Origin: Chrysomallon squamiferum
Taxonomy: Eukaryota; Animalia; Mollusca
Length of the DNA: 64,000 bases
Assembly: GCA_012295275.1 (NCBI GenBank)
Contig: CM022673.1
Coordinates: forward strand, 25,606,001 to 25,670,000
Direction of reading: 5' to 3'
Shown here: positions 56,028 through 64,000 of the stretch, in pieces
Layout of the letters: each line of letters starts with the position of its first letter
How positions within the stretch are numbered: the stretch's first letter is position 1
The notes under the pieces: model-generated
Databases searched by the model: none
Seen by the model: only the letters and a program-made list of their open reading frames with translations
What the model was told of the DNA's origin: nothing
Program-made: the position numbers and the translations under genes

Positions 56028-56450
56028 TTCGAGACTACAAGAAGGTCTTCGATACAAACTGCTATTGAATTTGGTGCCATTAAATATAAGATATACTGAG
56101 AACAATAAATAAAATGTTTTTGTTTATAAAAGGCTATGAATAATATTATTGGCTTTTCGCACCTGTTACTTAGAAAGAAAAACGAACGTTTTATAATATA
56201 AAAATACTTGTGGCTCGTCTGTGTATGAACAAATGGATGTCTTCGCTCCTGTAAATTTCCCTGCATATTTTACAATATTCCTTAAAATTGGAATAGAAAA
56301 TACAATACCTGTGGTACTACACTCCCGCAAGTCTAATAGTTTCAGGAAATTCAAAACAAAATATGCGGGGAAAGCCACACAAAATCGAAAAATCTCCAAA
56401 TCAAGCAACCATAAAAATCGATTCGATGTCAAGGATACTGTGACCGGAGA
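56028..56450 (-). other. Probable 5' leader exon(s) of the PKA-C gene
   Basis: Strong donor GAA|GTAAGG at 56028/56027. Possible internal acceptor at 56162 and donor at 56308. CpG-richer promoter-like region divergent from the SDR gene. Implies a ~6.2-kb intron (49829-56027). Confidence 0.55.
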
Positions 56451-57361
56451 CCAACCAAACATCATGAACGACCACAAACATAATAGGCCTACCTTTACTA
56501 CTTAGGTTTCATTTCTTCATACAGTATTAGCATTTATAACCTTAATGTTGAATTAATTGGTAGTTGTCTAAATAATTAATAATTTCCTGTTGCATTTTAG
56601 ATTTTATTAAACAGGATTTAATGCAATAATACGAATGCCACAAAATATATCTTGCATTTAATCCGATTTGTTACTGAAAATCAAATCGAGTTTTATTTGG
56701 GTTTGTTGTTGTTGTTGTTTTTGGTTTGTTTGTTTTTTGTGTTTTTTGTTTGTTTTTTCGTTTTATTTGTTGTTATTGTTTTGTTTTTTTGAAGAAAAAC
56801 AAGCCTGGAATAAATAATTAATCCAAAATATCAATAATATTTACCAGAAATAATAATGTGAAGATACTGCATATTACATCATAGTCAATACAAATAAAAT
56901 ATATTTTATACTTATGACGAAGTTTTAAAATATAATTAATACTGGAAAACTCTCTTTTTTTATATTTATTTATTTTATTTCTTCATATCAGGAAAAAATT
57001 GTAGTAATTACAATAATTAGGAAATACATTTTTAAAATGCTGTGTCATCGATTTGAAGAAAAATGTTAAATAAAAATGTTAAATAAAAATTTAAATGAAT
57101 TCAACTTATTTGAAGCTATTTAATAATGAAAAGATAATTTTTACTGTAACCGAGTTCGGTGCTGATTTAATTTTTGATTTGTAATGTTTTCATTCTGTGA
57201 TACAAACTACATTTTGTGGGTTTTCTCTGTTGTTTATAGGTACCACTTACAAATTACAACTTTCTTCTTTCGTATTTTTTTTTAACTAAGAACCCGTATA
57301 TTGAACAGAGTTATGTCCCTTAGCAAAAATCACATGATACTAGTTTACCAAAATAAAGAAC

Positions 57362-60300
57362 ATGGCCACTGTGTTGAGATACAAAGATAAAGTTACAGTA
57401 GTGACTGGTGGTTCCAAGGGTATTGGCAAGGGTTGTGTACTTGTTTTTGGTCAGTATTGATAAGTTCTGTTTGTATGCATTTCTAAACATATTAAAAAAA
57501 CTCTTAATTTTATCTGAGATTTAATCTGAAATATTACATTATTTAGCAATTATATAATAGTTGTAATACACTATCAATGTATCAACTATAGAGTATCAGC
57601 TTGTTATAATAATAATGATTAAATTTCTAGTTCAGATCTAGCATTTCAGAAAATAGTTTTTTTGATATAGTTTGTTTAAGCTTAAGACAGAAGATAATAA
57701 AATATAATTAATCTCATCCAATATATGTGTATTATGCATACCCATGGACATATGAACTGATTAAAAAAAATAATAATAAAGAAATAAAAAATGAAGAAAT
57801 AATAACAATAATAATAATATAAAATAAATAAATAATAAAAAATAATCCAAATAATCCATTTTAAAATTTGTAAAAAAGTTCTTTTTCTTTTCTTTTTTTT
57901 TTCTCAGTAAAAAATGGTGCTAAAGTTGTATTCTGTTCGAGAGGAGGTAATCATTAAATAGTTTTAGCTGTGTTTTTGAAATATTTGAACAAATTCATTA
58001 GTGAAATAATGTTGTTTTTTGTTTTTGTTTTTAATTTTGTTTTTCAATAAAAAAAAAATTAAAAAAATCAGAGGAGAAACATTCTTCTAGATTTATCTTT
58101 TACATAATTTTATTGATTTATCTTTATTTTTAATTAAAAATTAAAAATTAAATAAAATTAAATTATTACAATTCTTTAAATGATATCATTACAATAATTA
58201 AAATGCAGCAGTATTACTGACTTGCAGGTATCATTTTGGAAGTCTGCATTTACAGATAAATTAATATGAAGACATGGGGTTAAATGTGGCCTGTAAATAA
58301 CCTAATGCTTTGTGTGACGATCTTTTAGAAGCTGAAGGCAAGCAGTTGGAGAGTGAACTGAATGCTTCAGGTCCTGGTGAAGCGTACTTTGTACAATGCG
58401 ATGTTTCCAAGGAAGATGACATAAAGGTTAGCAGTTTGTAAATTTAGAGAATCAGTTAAACACAAATCTGTTAAACCCCCTCCCCGAAAACCCCTTTTTA
58501 TTGCTCCAAGTAACAGTAAAATAATATATTTATCCAATATAAAATAGATATTATATCTCAGTGTGTAAAAATGGAATATTTTATTTTCACTATTACATAT
58601 CATAGTCATTAATAATACTTAATATTTCAATAAATTTTAAACATGTTTTCTAACTAGAGCTTTCTTATTTCAGAATTTGATTAATAAAACAATTGAAAAA
58701 TATGGACGGATAGACTGTTTGATAAACAATGCAGGACAGCGTAAGCTACATGAATAACTGGTATCTTTGCATCTAAAAAAATAAAATATTTTCTCTACAT
58801 ATCTGTTGTTAAAAAAGCACTGGAACTTTTATGTATTTCACTATGAAATTTAAGAATATCTTTTCTCTTCATATCTTTTGTTAAAAAAAGCACTGGAAGT
58901 TTTACAAATTTCACTATGAAATTTAAGAAAATAACTCTTGTTTAAATCACCAGTAAATATTTTATAAAAATCTTTTCATTATCTGTGGTAAAAATATATT
59001 AAAATTTATGAATGTGTTTAGAAAGGTGCTTGTTTAATCTTTTTTCAAAATTCTCTTCTTTTGTATGATTCATCTAAGAAATTTAGAAAATATATTTTAA
59101 ACAGATCCACCACATAAGTCCATAGATGATGTAACTGCCAGCGACTTCCGAAAACTTCTTGATATCAATTTAGTTAGCTACTTCCTTACTTCCAAGGTGA
59201 GTGTTATGGTGACAGTAAAGTTTGGAATCAAAAGAATATTATACATTTTAAATGTCTGAAAAAAAGATCACTTAATATTGGCAGTTGGTTAGGAGCTCTT
59301 CATAATATTTTAATATATTATTAATTATGTTTTCTTTATGTCATTAGAGTTTTAAATTATCAACAGCTTCAGTTTAGCAGAATGACTAGAGATGATATTC
59401 TTAACAATAACTGATTTTTTAAATTTTATTGCTTTTTACTTTTTGAATTTTATGCAATAAAAATAAATGAAATGAAGAAGCAAAATAAGTTTGACTTTTT
59501 TGTAATTCTTTATTATACTGGTTTCATCTAATTTTCATCTACATGGAAATAATTTTCTTTTTCTAAATAGTTGTAATTAGACAAGCATTGTCATAGATTT
59601 AGTTTCAATGCCATGTAACTGTTTTATGTTTTTTCTTCAGTATGCCTTGCCCTATCTTCGCAAAACAGAGGGTAATATCATTAATGATTCTAGTTTGGTG
59701 AGTCACATTGGTCAGACTGGAGCTGTTGCTTATGTGGCCACAAAGGTATTTACTAGTTGTAATAGTGGCTCTACAGCAAATACATCACAGTACAGATCAC
59801 TAGAAAAAATAGTTTACTTCAGACACCAAAAATAATTTGAAATAACGTTAGTAAAAAAAAACCCACCCATAATATTATCTTTAAAAATATCATTAGTAAA
59901 ACTGTATCAAAGTTTAATTAGTGACAATGGATTTATCCGTAATGATTGTCTGAAATTGGTTAATTAAAAATGTGTTGACGTGTATGTTTTCATTCTGAAT
60001 ATGAAAATTGTGCAACAAAATTCTTTTGAAGACTTTACTGTGAAAAAAAGGATATTTTTCAAGATATTGTTATTTGATATTTTTCATTACATACATCAGT
60101 ATCATTTGAAAGTTGTGTTTTGTATTACAAGATATTTGATGTTTTTCATTACGTATCATTTGAAAATTGTGTTTTGTATCTCTCAGGGTGCCATCACAGC
60201 GATGACCAAAGCTTTAGCTGTTGATGAGGCTGCCTATGGGGTCAGAGTAAACACGTAATTTTCTTTTTAATCCAAATGTATTCTATTTATTATTTAACTA

Positions 60301-61746
60301 AATCCATCCACTGGTAGTAGCTTTTTCATTTAGCATTTCACAAAGTGTAAAATAAACATTATATGTTAATCATTTCACAACAGAAGTCTTTACAAAGTTT
60401 GTTTTAATCTGATTTTACGGGTTATGCTTCAGTGATTGTGAATGTCAAGTTTGCAATTTTAGTTTTGATTCTGTGTAACTTCCTTTTTGCTTAAATCTGT
60501 ACTGACGTTCAGCAAGAAATGTAGTTAATGATGGTAAAAAAGGATTGCTATATCATTACTCTTTATATTTTTGCCATTTTTTTACAGGTTATTAACAGGT
60601 TTGTGACATTCTTGATATTGGCATATAAGCACTGCTTGAAAGATTTATAGCAGTAAAACGTATTTAAAGACATTTAATTTTTACAGCATATCTCCTGGCA
60701 ACATCTGGACCCCAATGTGGGAAGACACTGCCAACACTACAGCTGATTTTGAAAAGACTATAAAAAGTGGAGAAGATGCTCAAGTAAGAATTATATCTTT
60801 TTGGTGCCAGTATAAATGAAAATTACATTTTTTTTTTGGTGGGAGAGAAAATAGTTCAGTAGTATTCTTTTGTTACTTTAATCACAATATCAGAACTCTG
60901 ATGAGGTATAGTTTGAAAAACTAATAGACAGTTATTTCATAGAGAACACACTAATATAAATATATTAATTTTATATTCTTAATTTAAATATTACACATGA
61001 TTTGTGTTTTAATTGTTAGCTAATTAAGATTTCTCCATATTAATCTGGACATATTGGTTGGAAAATAGTCAACAAAACACCAAGTATTAAAATACATTTG
61101 TTTTATGAATTTTATACTGAAAAAAATGTATTATGATACCTTTAATAAAAACGTTTACAAAGCAGGCAGTTAAAATTATACTTCTTCCATAAAACAACAC
61201 TACTTTTAAGCTGACAGTAGCCTACATTTTCTTTTTTCACAGAAACTTACAAGATATTACATAATATACAGCATACTTAAACATTAAAAGAAAGATTTAA
61301 AAATTACATAGAAACATTATCAACAAGTGTGCTAACTTTTGTCAATACAGTTCAGTGATTTTGAAACTTGGCAGTCTTCAGACACATTGAGAATACAGGG
61401 AGATAGCAAAAATCTATACATTTATTTATAATTATACTAGGCATAATCCTATTTGTATGTTGGTACGAAATTTAATCATGGGAACCCAACCGTAAAACAT
61501 GATTGAAAATTAACGCCAAAAAATAAACGATAAAGAACTTTTTATTATAGTTATTTTTACATTTTTTTTATAAAACATTTTCAGCTTATTGGAAGATTTG
61601 GAACAATTGAAGAGTGTGGTGAGGCATGTCTGTTCCTTGCTGCAGAAGCCACGTTCTGCACTGGCATTGACCTCAAAGTTTCCGGCGGAGCAGAACTGAA
61701 TTATGGCTTGAAAAACATGAAGAATAGAGTGTCGCCGTTTGAGTAA
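57362..61746 (+). CDS. HSD17B14: Short-chain dehydrogenase, HSD17B14-like (271 aa)
   Basis: Exons 57362-57449, 57908-57946, 58329-58426, 58674-58740, 59105-59196, 59641-59745, 60187-60254, 60687-60783, 61585-61746 (816 nt). [23 protein letters not shown] catalytic motif, [31 protein letters not shown] typical of HSD17B14. Confidence 0.92.
58789..58930 (+). repeat. Two-copy ~72-bp tandem duplication in an SDR intron
   Basis: CATATC..TTGTTAAAAAAGCACTGGAA.TTT...TTTCACTATGAAATTTAAGAA occurs twice in tandem. Confidence 0.8.
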
Positions 61747-64000
61747 AGCACTCAAGAGTTCAGTGATGTGAGAACACAGATTAATTATCTAGTTGATGAT
61801 GGCTCGTGAGTTAAGTCTTCCGCAACGAAAATAAAGCAGTTCAGTTGATTTGGACATGACGATAATGGCATTTAATGATAATGATATTAGGTAATGATAA
61901 TCTAATCATGATTTACTAATGATCCATGTATAGGGTGATCACCGAATGTGTTGTTTCAAATTCAAATTTTATATCAGCATTTATTATAATGACGCAACTA
62001 AATTGATCTGTGATCTGTTCGTGATTGTTATTGTACTTTTTATCTATATTTGATTCAGTCATGGTTTCTGTTTATGTTATTTGATTCATCATTATCTTTA
62101 ATGATTGTTCTACATATTTTTAAATTTATTTGAAATTTTTTGGTTTACAGAAATATTTATGATAATAATCGTGATATTTAATAATATACTATTATATGAA
62201 TGTATTACAAGAAATTATATATTTTATATTTTATATTTTGAAGTTTCCAATAATAATTTGTTTGGATATAATAAAACACTATATGCAGTGCAAACAAAAG
62301 TATGGCAGCATTATTTTTGAACTGTGAATAATTTAATAAACTACATAATATTTTAGATTTATTCTAATGTTGTTCTAGTCTTTATTTTTAATTTTTTTTT
62401 ATCTTAATATTTTTTCCCTTTTATATTTAATTGATAAAATGAATAAAGAAATGTAAAAATATTTATCCACCACAAAATAGCATTTCTAAAAAATAATACT
62501 TCTAAAAAGTAAGCTCTTCTGCAACAAAATTTGCAATCTATTAACTAGACCTTTCTGCAAGCTATAACATTAATTTTATATATTACCACAAGGCTATGAG
62601 TTTTTAACATTTAGAACCATGTTTTATCCTAATCGCAATGTTACTCTAATGAATTTGCCCACCAACAGTTTAATATTTGCATAGATTTTTATATGACTTT
62701 TTGGGGTGGGTGGTGATTAGAATTTGAATCAAAAATGTAACTTTCATTTATTGTATATAAAGAATCAAACAAAGTTCAAGTTAGAAAGGATTATAGATCC
62801 TAATTTCATTACTTTAAAAAAAGCAATCATCAGAGAAGTCAGTAAAACCACAGTGCAATATATTGGACAAACATTAATATACGTGCCTTTTCAAAGGTTG
62901 AAACCTTTACTGCCTTTAGTAATGGCTAATATTATTTACTGGTTGTTTTAAAACCAAACATTTTGTAAGATTCTAGTGAAAGAATGCAGTCTTGTTCAGT
63001 AGCATAATTATTTGGATGTTTGTTGTTGTTAATAACTGTATTATTTTTTTTTAAATCAGCTTTAATTATTTTTTAAAATATTATATGTGATACAGACTTT
63101 TTGCAATTATTGTAAATTATATTGAATACATGTACAAATCTGTTTACATCTTTTGGAAATAAATTGTTTTTTTAAACACATATTGGTTGGTTTCATTTTA
63201 TTAGTATTAGACTAGTATTTAAAACAATGGAAAATATTTAGACTATGTTTTATGTTTAGTATGTCACATTACTTTTTCTTTCACACAACATAACAGAACA
63301 GTTGTAATGGTATCAAAGACTTTGTATTGGTAACTAGCTCTTTGATAAAAAAAAAAAAAAAAATAATAATATCTTTATAAGTTTTGATAAAATTTTCGTA
63401 GCCATTTTAAACCTAATTTAATTCAGATTAACCTGTCAGCATGTAGGACTTAGTTACAAATTTAGAAAAGAAATATATTTTCGAAACAAATAAGTCAAAT
63501 GTGGAAAATTGTTTTATGTGCAGATATGATTCTCCTCGAAACAGTTTTTGTGTTGAATGATCTGATTGTTAATTTCAGGTATGTGGAACAGTCACTATCA
63601 CAATTTTTAACTGGAAATACATTTAGAGTTTTGATATATTTTTATTAATTCAGATTTATATTCATCAAATTTCATCTCACAATTATCCTATACTTGCAAT
63701 AAGCTTTTTTTCCAATTCCAGCTGATTCTCATAAGCTTTTTCTTTTATTGTTTCATTAACTATAATAAATAAAATAAAAAATATAAACATTTGTAATGAT
63801 GAACAATTAAGTATTTCAAAATGTATGAAACCTACATGAACTTGTTTGTACTGCATTATACATCAATACTTTTTGTCAGGTAAACAATTATTGTTTTCAC
63901 CATTTCACATCCAGACCTTTTCATATTAGCATAACAATAACAACTTCAAGCAATGTGAAATTAAAACTGCATTCAACTTAAAATAGGTGACATTTAAGAA

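Overview
AT-rich, microsatellite-dense eukaryotic (invertebrate, probably molluscan/lophotrochozoan; this is inferred, not established) genomic DNA. Genes are spliced, so the ORF track only catches fragments; I rebuilt the gene models by hand from GT-AG boundaries and exon phase. Left to right: (1) two tandem minus-strand paralogues encoding secreted, extremely Asp/Glu-rich proteins resembling biomineral matrix proteins, one with a 1-nt frameshift and one hiding a decayed homologous exon; (2) an M19 membrane-dipeptidase-family gene without a GPI tail; (3) the head-to-head Hsp10/Hsp60 pair with HSEs in the shared promoter; (4) a small secreted 8-Cys protein of unknown function; (5) a FAM187A-like Ig/TSP1/Ig/TM gene with an RFX X-box; (6) a PKA catalytic subunit with an intronless CDS; (7) an HSD17B14-like SDR. 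The most unusual signal is in the Hsp10/Hsp60 introns. Many fold, in the host-gene sense with G-U wobbles, into hairpin-box H-hairpin-ACA RNAs of about 165-465 nt with extra multibranched insertions, i.e. a candidate cluster of oversized H/ACA-type RNAs. In addition, an inverted ~107-nt copy of the 3' end of Hsp60 intron 11 sits in intron 8 and could pair across exons 9-11. All folding was done by eye; no databases or folding programs were run.
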